This document shows, piece after piece, positions 1 to 13,277 of a stretch of DNA of 64,000 bases. The stretch spans positions 57,846,001 to 57,910,000 of the forward strand of contig OZ241827.1 of NCBI GenBank assembly GCA_965202585.1, written 5' to 3'. The position numbers and the translations under genes are program-made. The first letter of the stretch is position 1. The number at the start of each line of letters is the position of its first letter. The notes beneath the pieces were generated by a model, which was not told where the DNA came from, searched no databases, and saw only the letters and a list, made by a program, of their open reading frames with translations. This DNA is from Thalia democratica. Taxonomy: Eukaryota.

Positions 1-3000
1 TAAGCATAAAAATTAAACAATTCTATAGAGAGTGTATAATAAAAAAACTATTTAAAAGACTTGAATCTAGAAAAATCTCTAGATGTTAATAATTTTTCGT
101 ACTAAAAGTGGAACATTGAAAAAGTTGAAGCTTATTTGAAAATCTATTTAAAAAATTAACTAACACATTTTTAAAATTATTTTAGCACTTTTTTTAGTCA
201 ACATAGTTTATTAAGATTAATAAGATTAACCTAACAAATTTAAAATAAATTTTATCTCTCACTCTTTTACATAATTTCCAAAAACATTAGTTAATCCAAA
301 TTGAAAATAAACAAAACTCTTTAGAGCTTTGTGCTTTATGAAAACATCTAAACTTTGAATTTTTTCGGCTAATCTTTGATTAATTCATTCAGATTATTAA
401 GTTAAAATACTTTCATATAAATTAAGGTTGTTGAAAAATAAATAGGGAGTGTATTTTTTAGCAAAAAGTTACTAGTTATTAAAAACAAAGGTTTTAGTAT
501 ATTATGTTTTCTTTTTAAAACGTATTAATTGCTTTTATGTATTTATAAGTAGTTTAATACTATTAGTATAAAATTATAAGTACTAAAATATATTTTTTAT
601 TAAATTAAGCATTAAAACTAATTTTCGTAAATAAAAGTTCCGTAAGTTTCAATTATTAATAAAATGTCTTTAGAGCTTCAGCATTCAATCATTAGAAAAA
701 ACCATCAGGTTTGTTTAATTAAAAACACATTACCACATCACAAAAACGCCAAGCAGCAGTGCATAGAGCTGTCATGAAATGTTATCTGTTCGAGCTTAAG
801 TACACTTTAGAAGCTCGAATGTTTTGTATAACATGCACTCGAACGTAAGTTGGTTACGATAAAGAGGAAATATTTTGATCATTGGTGAGGTGTAGGAGGT
901 TCTCGTTCGATGTTGTTGACTCAGCTGCTACTTCAACACAAACTTGAACGGTTGCAGGTCTTTGCTACTTAGCAGCGTGTTTTATTTACACAATAAAGGT
1001 TCTTTTTTTGTGTTTCTAAAAACAGTTTTTTAATAAAATCCTTATATTTTTGGTACCTTAAACAAAGTTGATAAAAAAACGCTTATTTTTAAAGCTTTTT
1101 ATAATCAGTTATAAATATAGATGCTTGGAAATTAATTCTCTTCAAAGTGTTTACAATGTATTTTAAATAAATACAAACACTAAAATTATTATACGGTTTT
1201 AAGCTTCAATTGTTATTAGCAGTTTTTAAACTTAAAGCTATGAAAAAAAAGTTTTAATATATTTTTATACTAACTTAACTGTATTATTCAGCGGTTAAGA
1301 ATGTACGAACTTTGTTAAGTCAGTAACTGTTGCTAAAAATTAAAGTATACAGTTTTCTTTTTTAAACTTCACCATTTAGTTAACTTAAACTATAGTACAA
1401 CATTTTTAACATAGTTTTTCATAACATAATTTGAAAATCAAAAACTTTTTTTTATATACTACACATGAGATTAATCACTCTTTTTTAACTTTGTTTAAAT
1501 TTTTCTCAAGCTCTTGTACTTAGAAGAAGTGCTTTTAAGTAACAACAAAAAATTGTTTTTTTCTAGATACAACACAACAGATTACCTTGAAAATTTTAGT
1601 AGGTTAAATATTTTTCCAATTCAAACAAACTTATAAAACTTAATACTCGTATAAATAAAGCTGAATTTAATTTCATTTCTTTAATTGATTTTATAGTTCT
1701 GTTAAGTAAAGTTTAAAAAAAAGCATTAAAAGTTAAAAGATATCAATTCTTGTAATTTTAAATAAGATAATGTTATTTTATTTTTCTTAATTCACTTTAA
1801 AAGGTTAATGTTATTTATAGCAATGTGTTTATATGTTTCTAAAAAGTATTTGTAAAGTTAATAACACATGTTTGAGGTTTCTTACTTCTATAGTTAGAAC
1901 CTGTAAAAAATTTTTCTTCACTTTGGTAAAATATTAAAACCAAACATGGTATAAAAATTAAATACAAAACAAACTAGCATGTAAAATAAAGAATTAAATA
2001 TTTTGAAATAGACTTATTTCTTGATGATTTTATAATCTCATGAGAATAATAGAAAACATTATTGAAATTTTAGGTAAATTATTTTATTCTAAGTTTTGAA
2101 CTAAGTGTAAAGTAAAATATTCTAAACTAATTGTTTTTCGCTAAAGTCATTTAGTTTGATTTACGCTAAAATAGTAAACTTATCTTTTTCTATAGCTAAC
2201 GTAGTTAAATGCATGATTAAAGAAGTAAATTAAATTAGTAATAAACGAACTTACACTTCTAGAGTACAATTTAGTAGATTAACAGCATGTTTTCGTGAGT
2301 AATAGTTCAAAGCTGTTTAATGAAAGCTTAAAACTGTTTATTGAATGATGTTATGCCACCAAAAAAGATCAATAGTATCACCATACCGTGTTTACTATAA
2401 TGAAATTATTATATTACAAATAGGATTACTCAGCTTAACACCGAAAGTTTTTATGAAACTTGCATTTAGCATTTAAAGATTTTTTACTTAGAAAACGAGC
2501 TTTTTATGCCTGAAAAATGTTAGTTTTAAAAAGTAACGTTTAAAGTTTGACGGTATGATTTACATATGTGTTAAAAATGACTTCGACTTTTAGTACTACT
2601 TCACTTGTCTAGATTAATGCTTTATATAAAAAATTAATTTTGAAGTTTATACAATGAGCTTTAGATATCCGATTGCACTTTTTTTTACTTATTTCTTTAA
2701 TGCAATTAGAACTTTGAGTTTTAGAATTATACTCAATACTCGTATATCTTGAACAAAGCTTTCAAAGTATGAATAGCTTCTTTTACAAAACAATTTTATT
2801 AATAAAAAAAAAAAGTAAGATTTAACTTTGGTTAATAATCAAAAAAATGATATAAGTTACAATAAACAAATAAAATATAAAAGTGAAAACCAGCAAAATG
2901 CTACATTTAAAGAAACAATATATACCTGTTGTGTTAATTTCAAGAAAATTATTTATTAAATTATTAATTATAAAAAAATAAAATATGTTATACTTTTTTA

Positions 3001-6000
3001 TCAACATTATTATAATTTTTTTTTCTTTTACTTTTTGGTGTAAGTTTTGGGATCTTTAATAAAAGACAAACTACTAATGTTTTTTAAGGTCTGGTTGTTT
3101 GTTTAAACAACTTGTAAAATTATTTATTAATATTTAGAACTTTAATGCTAATAAATACTTCATGCTTTCGTTATTTTTACACAATATCACATTATGTACT
3201 TTGACTTTCTTAAATTAATTAGGTTTTTTAATTTTCTTTGAAAACGAAGTACACACTATTATAAGTTGTAGACATATAAAAACTATACTTTTGTTAAATT
3301 ACTTTATAATAATACACAAAAATAAAGAGTAGGAACTTATTTTATTATCGATTTTTTTTTACAATAAACGGGAGAATAAGTTAATCTTTACACGTTTTGC
3401 TAAACCAATCATTTCTGCAGTGTTACATGGTTATTAATGCGTGACAATTGCGTAGTCTTGACAACTAAAAAACAAATTACATCAGCGAACTAATCGTTCA
3501 TTTGTTTTTAAAAATATTTCAAGTATCTTTCAATCAACTTTTTTATTGTCTATTTTAATCGGTAGATGACAAGTTTTATTTAAAATATTTGGAGCGAATA
3601 AGTTTGAATGCTAAGTTAATCCGTTTTGATGAAAAATACAACGATGAATCAAACAAGTTATCATAACACAATCAGAACTTATAATGTATGCATTTTTTAT
3701 GTTAAACTTGTAATAAATCTAATGTTATGTTTAAAGATTTGTTGGCATATTTATAAGATACTTTCATTATCATTGCGAACTTTGTGAAGAAAAATTTTTC
3801 TTATGAAATAACAGGGATTATATATCCTTGGTTAGAGTTTTCGTCAACGGTACCATTTAAGGGTTTCTTTTTATGAACTTCCACATTAGAGGAAACACTT
3901 GTTTTAAAAGTTTTTAACAAGGCATTACATAAATTAAGTTTGTTTTTAATCTCAAGAGCTATTGAGGTTCTTAAAACAAATGCACTTTTGAATTTGAAAA
4001 CTCGATCATAAGCATCAACTTTGTTTAGACTAAAAACATTTTTTTTTCGGATACAATTAATACGCATCAGTAGCTCAAAATATTTTGTATACATTATTAG
4101 CGTCTGTTGCGTGGTAAAAACAAAAAATTTGATTTATTACCCCAGTATGTCAGGTCGTGTGTGTACTTTGACCTAAGACCTCCAATTATGATTGGTTCGT
4201 GTTTACATATGTTTTAATGTTTGCTGAGAGTTGTAAGCTTGTATATTAAAAAAAAAACCATCTGCTGCGCCCTGTACATGTGTTTCGTATAAAGCATAAA
4301 GTTTATGTGGCGTTAAAATTTAAGCTAGATATAAAAGTAAATTAAAAAACTAAAATAAATCCCATGAAATTCATATGCCTGTATGCAAATGCGAAATTAT
4401 GCAGTTGCATTTTTCGGCTTTAATTATCACTTTTTTTTTTATGTTATTTTAATTTAAAAGCATCTCTTTTTTTATGAAAAAATATTAAAACATCTAACTA
4501 ATTCTTACAGTTGACAACCAAGTTTTTAAAAAATAACACTTTAAAAATGAAAGAAATAATAATGTATCTTTGACATTTCTTACTTTATATGTTAATAGAC
4601 AGTTTGTTTTATAAATGTCAAAAAAAAATTATAGTCATTTTTGTCAAAAAGGTAGTTAAAAGATAAACTTGTACATAACTAATAGTATGATATACAAAAT
4701 TTTTCTCAATTGTAACTGAACAAAAAGCTTTCAAGAACTTTTAAAATTAAGATTATTTGATTAATGTTAATAGCAAAGTGCAGTTTTGCTTGATGTCTTT
4801 GCTTTCAAATAGTCAAGTAACACGTTAACTTTAGTAAAGGCTGTTTAAGTAATAATAAATTTAATCTAAAGTAAATCTTGCACTAATTAATATACACGCT
4901 GAAATACAATCTTGTTACTAGTTTGCTATTACACGTCATGTTGATTAAACATTTAAGTTTACATGTAAAATAGTTGTTTTTGAAGTAATAAGTATTTAAA
5001 CGTGTACTATAACTGAAAACTATTTTTAATTTTTGTACTCTGTTAAACTATTTTAAAAAGAAGTTTATAGAGAAAATAGTTTAATTAGCCTTAAACAGTT
5101 TTTATGTTTATTTTTTATAGATATAAACACCTTCAATTGACTAAAGGAACAAAGGCAGTGTATGAAAAATTAAATTTCGACTACTCAACAAAAAATATAC
5201 CCATAGCAACAAAACTTGATACAAACTAAAACTTCTAAATAAACTTAGAAATTTTTCCAGAAGGGTAAGACTTAAAATATATTTTTGTACTGATGAAGAA
5301 TATAATACAAACTTAATTGAAACAGAGAAACATATTAAATCCATATTTATACCGAAATTAACAGATGAACTTAGATAGTTTGAAAATGAAATCTTCAATT
5401 TAGTTAAACAGTTAGTTTACATATTAACTGTTCCATTAAATTATTTAACTAGATTTATGAAATTTTTCAGTGACTTTGAGTTTTGTTAATGTTTTGTTGA
5501 TACTTGGCTTAAAACTCCAATTTTGGATAGTTTTTAATTCCATTTAGATAAATTTCAAGGTATAGATACCTGTTAACTTAAAAAAAAGCTCTTAATTTAA
5601 TTAATTTTTTTGACTCATTATATTAATTAAATGCATTTCGTTTTAAAGTTAGTACTAATTTTACCTAACTATACACTGGTAAGCTTGAATTTTCAAATAT
5701 CTAACATATTAGCTTTTTGTTTAGATTCTCATGCATGAATAAATTTTAAATAACATTATACATAAGCAACATTGTTATGTGCAGTTTACTATCTATTTTA
5801 CTTGAAGTGGTCTCAATTTTTTCTCATCGAAACATGGTTGTAAATAAATGATTTAATTTCCACATCTTTATTTGTACAGATAGAAACGAAAAAAAAGTTT
5901 TTATATAAGGTTTAAGAAAGTTTTTCTTTATCATAAGACAACATTTGCTATTCTTAAAAAATCACAAATTTTAATTGATAATCTCATTAGCTACCATTGA

Positions 6001-7396
6001 AAAAATAAAATACAAATAGAAATTTAAGGATGCATACATTTGTTATATTTTCTGTGCATAATATTGATAACAAGTTAATATATAGTTATAAGTAAGAGGG
6101 GTTACAAAAAACATCAGTATTCCTTTAAAAAGTGAAAACATAGTGTAAATAACAAAATTCTATAAAAAAACACGTATTCTTAAAAAACGCCACGAAAGTT
6201 TAATTGCTAAAGTATAATTATTCAGTTACTTCTAATTATATTAAGATTTGTTACATTATAAACTGCAACTGTAAATTTGAGCAAGCCCATATTTGACAAT
6301 TTCAATTAAAAACGGGTGTAGATTACAACAAAAACACAAAGCCGTCATAACAAGTCAAATTGAACAATAGTTGAACTTTTGCACCTGTAAGTTTTTTCAA
6401 TTAGACGCAGTAATTATGTTTACAAAACTGTCAAAAGGGGGGACACAATTTTGAATTAAATTCTCAGAGTTGACAAAACAAGTTTGCTATTTTAATGAAT
6501 CATTTAATTGTTAATTATGATGTTGTCTCACGTGAAAATATTTCTGTCTCGGCATAGTTTGTTTTTCCTTATTGAATGTCAATAAAAGAGCAAAAAAATC
6601 ACTATCAGTAAAGTTAAGTTTTTTAAAGTATTATTTTTGTTTAAAAATTTATTTTTTTTATTGTGGAAATTTAAGGTAAAAATTGTTTTAAACTTTTATA
6701 TTTTATTAAAATAAAGGCAAAGCTACCAATATAGTTGAAAATAAGATAAATGTCAAACTATAAAATTTAATTAAAAAGAAAATTGTGACTTGGTATGTCT
6801 TATTCTAAAATATACTTATAAAGCAAAAATTATTTGCTTACATTATGTAGTATCATTTAATCATGAGTGCATGAGCTATAAAAACTTTGAATAATATGAA
6901 ATATATTAAAGACATTAAAAATGCAATAATACTGTTTTATTTAAATAACATGCTATATATCCTTAGTTACTTATGTAACTACAGCTGTTTTGTATAGAGT
7001 ATAACATCTACAACAAATTTTTTGTTCTTTTCAAAAGTGGGCACTTGCTCTAAGGTGCATATAAATTGATTTATGGACACCATTAATGTCACTTTCGCCC
7101 GAACTTTGTGACCAAATAAAATTTAACTTTAAAGCAATGTTGTTTAAAAACAAAGCTTTCCAAAAGTCATAATTGTTTTTTGGTTAATACTAGAACCATG
7201 ACATTTATAGTTTAATAAACTTACCTCTAAAAATTTGCAATGTCTAGATATACAATACCTAAACTTATGGCAACTATGCTGTGCATAAAAAATGTAGTAC
7301 TTTTAATATATACACACATGTTCTATTGATTAAAAAACAGTATTTATTTGTTTTTATAAAACATAAACAGCCCTAGACAGGACGTTAAAATGTATC

Positions 7397-7508
7397 TGTG
7401 GTGTATCGACTTGTAAACCGAAAGGTTCTTAGTGCACCAGCTTCTGGACCAAATATTTTGAGCGTTTTTTTTTTTCGTTCACTAAACTAATAAATATAAA
7501 ATAATGAC
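7397..7508 (+). repeat. Short dispersed repeat relic (~110 bp), similar to 27134-27240
   Basis: Shared TGTGGTGTAT-GACT-G..AAC.GAAAGG...ACCAG...GACCAAA..TTTTGAGCG..T-rich..ATAATGAC. Confidence 0.55.
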
Positions 7509-7726
7509 TTTCGACAAATAGGGTTAAGTCGCTTTAACATGATTTTGATGTATTCAAGTTGCACATTGATATAATGACAAAAAATCTCATATGTTTTTCC
7601 TCAAGCTTAATAAACAGCTAGTGAAATAAAGGTAGATATTAGTACTTTCTTAAAATTAATGTTCGTTGATATTTTAATAAGTTAGGCTTTCACAGTCTTT
7701 TTCTGAAACATGAGAATCTAATCAAC

Positions 7727-7742
7727 TATATATATATATATA
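7727..7742. repeat. (TA)n microsatellite
   Basis: tatatatatatatata; shorter in the right arm. Confidence 0.6.
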
Positions 7743-8254
7743 ATTTAAAGCTTTCAATCTTATAAATTTCTTTTAAATTACTTTTTACTTATGAAAAAGT
7801 TTTTATTTTATTTTTTTAGAAGTTGTTTTTAATAATATGACTCGGTATTAGAATCATGCAACTTAAGTATATTAACTTAACTAAGCATTCAGGACTTCAA
7901 TAAACAGACGGTATATCTAATTAGAGTTTGAAATTTGTTTAATTAATGTTCAGTGAACAGAATCAAAATAAAAAATACACACAGTGCATAAGAACTTATA
8001 TTAATATGTTTGATGAAAACTGGCTTTTAATTTGTAAAATTAACATTTATATCGGAAAAACTGTTTTATTAGTTCCAATAGAAAACTTAAAAAGTTTAAA
8101 TCATATATTTAACTATGACCAATAAAAAAAGGAAAAAAAAATAACTGAGTCTATTTTTAGATGGTTCTAGTTAGAAAAGCTTCACACGTACCTTTTTTTT
8201 TAAACAAAGCAAAACAATTTAACAAAGCAGTCATACATTTTTAATAGTTTACAC

Positions 8255-8839
8255 CAGGCACCTAGCTTGGTAGGTTTCTGCAAATCTGCAGAAACGTTTA
8301 CCTATGTGCGAAAAAACTTGCTTTTATTTCAGTTTGAAAAGACTCTGCTTTTTTAGCTTTTAGTATTCATTTATACTTAGTTATGCACTCCTGAAAAATA
8401 ATTTTGACATATATGTACTCTTTAGCATTTTTACTGTCGTAAGAATTAAACGAATTAAATACATCTAATTTGTATACATTTAGCGCGTTAAAGATTTAAT
8501 TAGTCATAAAGCTGGATTGCAAAATCGATTCTAATGGAAGCTTTTATTCAAAAATCAAAATCATACAATTTTATATTACAAAAATTTGCATAAATTAATG
8601 ATGTTTCTATTGACTACGTTAAATGTTTGGTTTTAAACAATAAAAATGATTTTAAGTTAAATTGTGATTTTCTTATACTTACTTTCAATAAAAGTTTTAT
8701 GGGTTTACACAAGTGGCAACAAATAAAGAGTCATAGGGGGTGTGGACCAAAATAAATAGCCTTGAATACAGTTATCACCCATACTTCAACATCCAACTTT
8801 TGAAGTATTAACATAACTGTTGAGCTAGCTACGTCCCTG
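8255..8839. mobile_element. Non-autonomous hAT-type DNA transposon (MITE), 585 bp, left arm only
   Basis: 8-bp TSD GTTTACAC at 8247-8254 and 8840-8847. Imperfect TIRs CAGGCACCTAGCT and CAGGGACGTAGCT (reverse complement of the right end). The right arm has the empty site (atgtaaac at 61350-61357), and the arm-to-arm coordinate sum jumps by about 590 here. Confidence 0.85.
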
Positions 8840-10424
8840 GTTTACACCAATTGCTTAAAGTAACATTTTCATGGTACGTCAAAAAAAAACTTATATATTT
8901 AAGTGTTATTAACTATATTAACTAAAAACTTATATTAGTATATTGACTTAAACACGTTGTCCTAAACAAGTCTAGACTTGTAAGCACACAAGACTGTTTG
9001 CCTTATGAACGAAGTTGTATAAAGTTTATTTGCATTTTGTGATAAACAAGACTGTAAGACCATAAACTAAAAGTTTTGGTAAAAATGTTTTTCTTCGGAA
9101 TTAAAAAAAAAGGTTACAAATTCAACCTAGTTTGATAAAATGTGTTAAAACGTCTAGATAAAGCTGCAAACTTAAGAAAATTAAAAATTGAAAACTAATA
9201 AGTTATTCGAAAAAATTGTTTTATAATTTCGTAAATAGTTCTTTTAAAATTAAAATTTAATTGAAAACTTTTGCTTTTATCAAAATCATGTAAATTGCGT
9301 AAGTATGTTTTCATGCAAGTTTTATCTTCTTCAGACTTACTTCAAATTATTGAAAAAAATTTTGGCTTACTTTTAAACTAACCATCAAAGCTTGTATTAA
9401 TAAGGTTTGGTGCACTCAAAACTGGATCCAAGTCAAGTTTAAATTTTAGTGCAAGCTCGGTTGTTTACTTGTAATTTATTAAGATATTTTGATAAACAAA
9501 CTGCAAAGAACAAATCAAACGCAAATGATCAGTCATAATAATAAAGATGGATGACGTTTTTGCTTGAAAGAAAAATCATCAAAAATGTTTCAAAAACACA
9601 AAGATCAAAAGAACATATGAATTCACGCTATTCTTACATTCAAACACAAATTGACCATTTAATGTTGCTTATTTAAAGTATAGAAAAATATTGTATAACT
9701 AAACAACAATTTGTAAAAGGCGTTAATCCAGCGCTATAAACTGTTGACTGACAAATTCAGAATTGGACGAGTAAATCTGCTGTAATTTCAAATTCTTTAG
9801 CATGTTATATATTAAGATTGATTTTACAACTTTCGAACGCATCTTTTGAAGTCAAACGCTTCTTTCAACGCTCTTTAATGTTCGGAAAGCGCCATTGTCA
9901 TTTATTGCTCAATAAAATTAACCAAAGCTGTTTGTTATTTCAACTTCTGTTGTTATAAATTGAAAAAATATCTTTTTATTTCTTTTAAGCTTTTGTAAAT
10001 TTTTCAATATAGTATTCTGAAAGTTAGAGTAAGTTTATAGACTCAAAAACGATTCCTCCAAAGTTTTATTTTAGGGAGAATAAAATAAATCTACGCAGTT
10101 TTTCATTTAATGTATTCACATAGTAAATTGAATATATGCACTTTAACGGTTGAACTATTAGATTATAGATAGGATAAAAACAAACTTGCGTATATAAAAA
10201 ATGAGAAAATACTTTTTCAAACCAGCAAATTGCACTTTTTATTTATTGTATTTTTAAAGTTGTATTTTTTTAAAGTTTACTTTACTTTTAAAACTTTTGA
10301 GGAAAATTTCATGGAAAGAGTTGTAAATAGTAAAATAATAATACCTAAAACTCAATAAACTTAAACTTAATATTTTTTTCAACAAATATCACAGCTGAGA
10401 AAAGTTGATGAATTTAAATTTAGT

Positions 10425-10650
10425 ACTGCATTGCATATCAGACCATGTGCTACTTACTTTTTTTCGCCATAATGTAAACTACTGACAGTGCAGTTACAGC
10501 AGAACACATTTTTCACTGCAACACCTATTACGAGTGAGCAAATGGGAAAATGAAGCAATTATGCACTTAATTCGAGCTGAACACAGTATTACCTCATGCA
10601 CCTGCTATTCCATTACAGGTGCTGTCATTATCTTCTTCTTAGTTTGCCTT
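10425..10650. promoter_or_regulatory. Upstream conserved non-coding block with an inverted E-box pair (partner ~59575-59810)
   Basis: GC-richer and more conserved between arms than its flanks; CACCTG 10599-10604 and CAGGTG 10616-10621. Confidence 0.35.
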
Positions 10651-11329
10651 TTGTAATGTTACAAACGTACTTATAAATGATAAAATAGATACAACAAAAT
10701 ATTCTAATGTATTCTTCATGATTTTTAAGCATATAATTTAGGACACTTGGCTTTCAACAGTGGACGATTTTTTTTAAAATAAATTTTTCAAAACAACTGG
10801 TACTTTTAAATAACTCAGCACAGTATAAATAAAACTTATTTACGTTCTACATTTCATTTATTCTTTTAAATTAGAGTTATTTTGTTTGAATATAGTTTAG
10901 TTAAAGCTTAGTCTAAGTAGATAAATATTACTTAAATATTTTTTAAAGTTTTAATTTTGTGTTATTTTTTTAAGTTTAAACAAAACTAATCAAAATCTAT
11001 TTCCAACTTTAAAACTGTCTTTTGAAAAAATCTAAAAAAATGTTACCAAATATTAAGTGATAAGCACCAGCCGTTTGATCTATACTTTTAGTTTATTATG
11101 TTATTATAAAAATTTAGTTAACAATGAAAAATCACTATCTTTTTTATATTTCTTAATTTTTTTGCCAAGATTAATAAAAATAATTTTAATACAAAAAAAG
11201 TGTGAGAAATTCTTAAGAAATACAGTACTTTATATAGACCTTAGATTGCGGTTATCAAAACTTGTTGTCGAGATAAAAATACTAAAAAATATAAAAGAAT
11301 GAAGTGAAAATTTTATAAACTTTAATTTT

Positions 11330-11409
11330 CAACAAATGAAGTGATGCTTAGCTGCTAGTGAGATGTTCTAACACTTATTGTTTGTAATTTTAATTAAATT
11401 AAACTTTAG
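11330..11409 (+). other. Putative non-coding 5'-UTR exon of copy A (5' end approximate)
   Basis: Perfect donor AG|GTGAGT at 11410, conserved in both arms; acceptor ctctgcag| at 13002, 24 nt before the ATG. Confidence 0.4.
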
Positions 11410-11794
11410 GTGAGTCGTTTAATTAACCCAGGATGCATATTTGTTTGATATTTATTATAAGAATAGAAAATTTTCTAGCAATTAGCACAAGAGTACTTTG
11501 TAAACATATTTTTGTTAACAAGTTAATATTTAAATACTTTAAAAGTTATTGTTTGTTTTATATTCAACTTTACAAAAAAAGTAAATTTTGTGTTAAACTT
11601 ATCATCAATTTTAAGCTTCTTAATTCACTTTTTATTCATAGATATTTTGAAAAGCTACTTAGAACTTTATAACAGTATGTTTAAAAGATTTTAAACTTTT
11701 CGTATACTGTTTTTGATCAAAGTGGCAAAAACTAAACAAGGCTAAAATATGTATTAAACGAAAGTAATTTTTTGTAAACGAGAGAAAATTGTAG

Positions 11795-11888
11795 AAAAAA
11801 GCCGAACAGGCTGCTTTTTATCAGAGAAAAACTGAATTTTACCAATATTAGTTTAGGACCTGAAGTTTGCTAGTGCAAAAAAGCTCAG
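11795..11888 (+). other. Possible second 5'-UTR exon of copy A
   Basis: ttgtag| ... cag|gtaatt; both sites conserved in the right arm. Confidence 0.25.
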
Positions 11889-13026
11889 GTAATTATTCTA
11901 TTGACTACAAGGTAACAAAATCATAAAAAAAGGTTGTTCTTGACAACTTCTTAAAAACTTAAAACTGATTTGTATATTTGCAATTTGTTTTTTTTTTATC
12001 ACTAGAATTAGTAAAGTTTATTTTCCTCGAGTAATATCATAAATCTTACTTCGAATAAAATATTTTTTGCATTTTTAATTGTTATTTAAAACTTTTTAAA
12101 TGTTTTTAAAAACAAGGTTAATTCAGAAAAATGCAAAAAAAAATGTAACCAATAAAAAAATTAGGTTTAAGAATAACTAAGGTACATTAAATATTATCTG
12201 GAACAAGTTATAATTTTCTTAATTTTTACAGCTAGTTTTGTTTTTTTAATACAAGAGCAAGTTTAAATGTTTGATTAATTAAAGTTTGAGCAAACACTTT
12301 TTTTGACAGACAGCTAGTTAAACAGGCTTGATTGTTTAGAGGTAAACCTAATTAGCCTTTATAACTACAACTTAATATATAACTTTTTATTTTGCAGCTC
12401 AGTGCTTTAAAAACTGTTTGTTATACTTTTTACTGTCTTCATTTAGCTTTTTGATCGGCCTTTTTTAAAGTCGTGTTATAAATTTTATAATCGATAAGCA
12501 ATTGTTATTTTTATATGAGAAAAAAATTATATTTTGTTAAGAGATTTGTTTTATACATGTAAGTCAAAAATTTAACTATCATAGTAATTTTTTACTATAT
12601 AAAGTTAAACTTAGACGAACTTGACAACTGTATGTTCTAAACAAAAAGTATATTTTTAATTTAGTTCTAAATAAAAAAGATTATTTATGTTGAAGTTATG
12701 GATAAATAACTTTCTAAAATAACCGTTTTAATATATTTTTTAATGATACTTAAACTAATTTAAAATAATAATTAAAAGTTCTTGAAAAAAAAATCTGAAT
12801 TGTATTAGTTTTTTTAAGAAAAACTAATTTTGTTCAAGAAAAACAAAAACATGGTACTTTAATTAAAACTTAAATATTTGAAAACTATATAAAAACATAT
12901 ACTTTTTTAGAAAAATAAAACGACTCTCTTGATTATATAATGATTAAAAAAGACTTCAGGAAGAAATAATACATTGAAAATACCAACTTTGAGTCTCTGC
13001 AGATTGGAAAAATAAATTAATAAAAA

Positions 13027-13277
13027 ATGATCAGAAAAGTTCTGATTTGTAAAATCATAATCATCATCCTGGCCAATCAGTGTTGCAGCGGAAGCTTGGG
13101 TGCAAGTAGCAACACCGAGTCGTCTGTTGGCAAGTTTAGTGATGAGCTTAAACATTTAGATGTATTGGAGCCTGGGAAAGTTGCAGAAAGAGAAGTAAAA
13201 GAAAGTAGTGCGCAGACGGATCAAAATAAAAGGTCCATTCAGCTCGTTAAGCAGGCTGTCAAGGAAATAAGAGCCCA
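13027..13277 (+). CDS. Copy A exon 1: signal peptide plus short pro-like region with a KR site
   Basis: MIRKVLICKIIIIILANQCCSG...QNKRSIQ...; in-frame TAA TAA just upstream of the ATG; donor CA|GTGAGT (phase 2) fits exon 2. Confidence 0.8.

Noticed and set aside
2822-5398. ORF-track calls 2822-3007, 3801-4094 and 5141-5398
   Set aside because: F/I/K/N/L-rich translations typical of chance ORFs in AT-rich DNA; no motifs or splice context.
7397-7470. tRNA gene
   Set aside because: No cloverleaf or convincing B box; kept only as a repeat relic.
11057-11672. ORFs 11057-11302 and 11433-11672
   Set aside because: Low-complexity AT-rich translations; the frame is not preserved in the mirrored arm.
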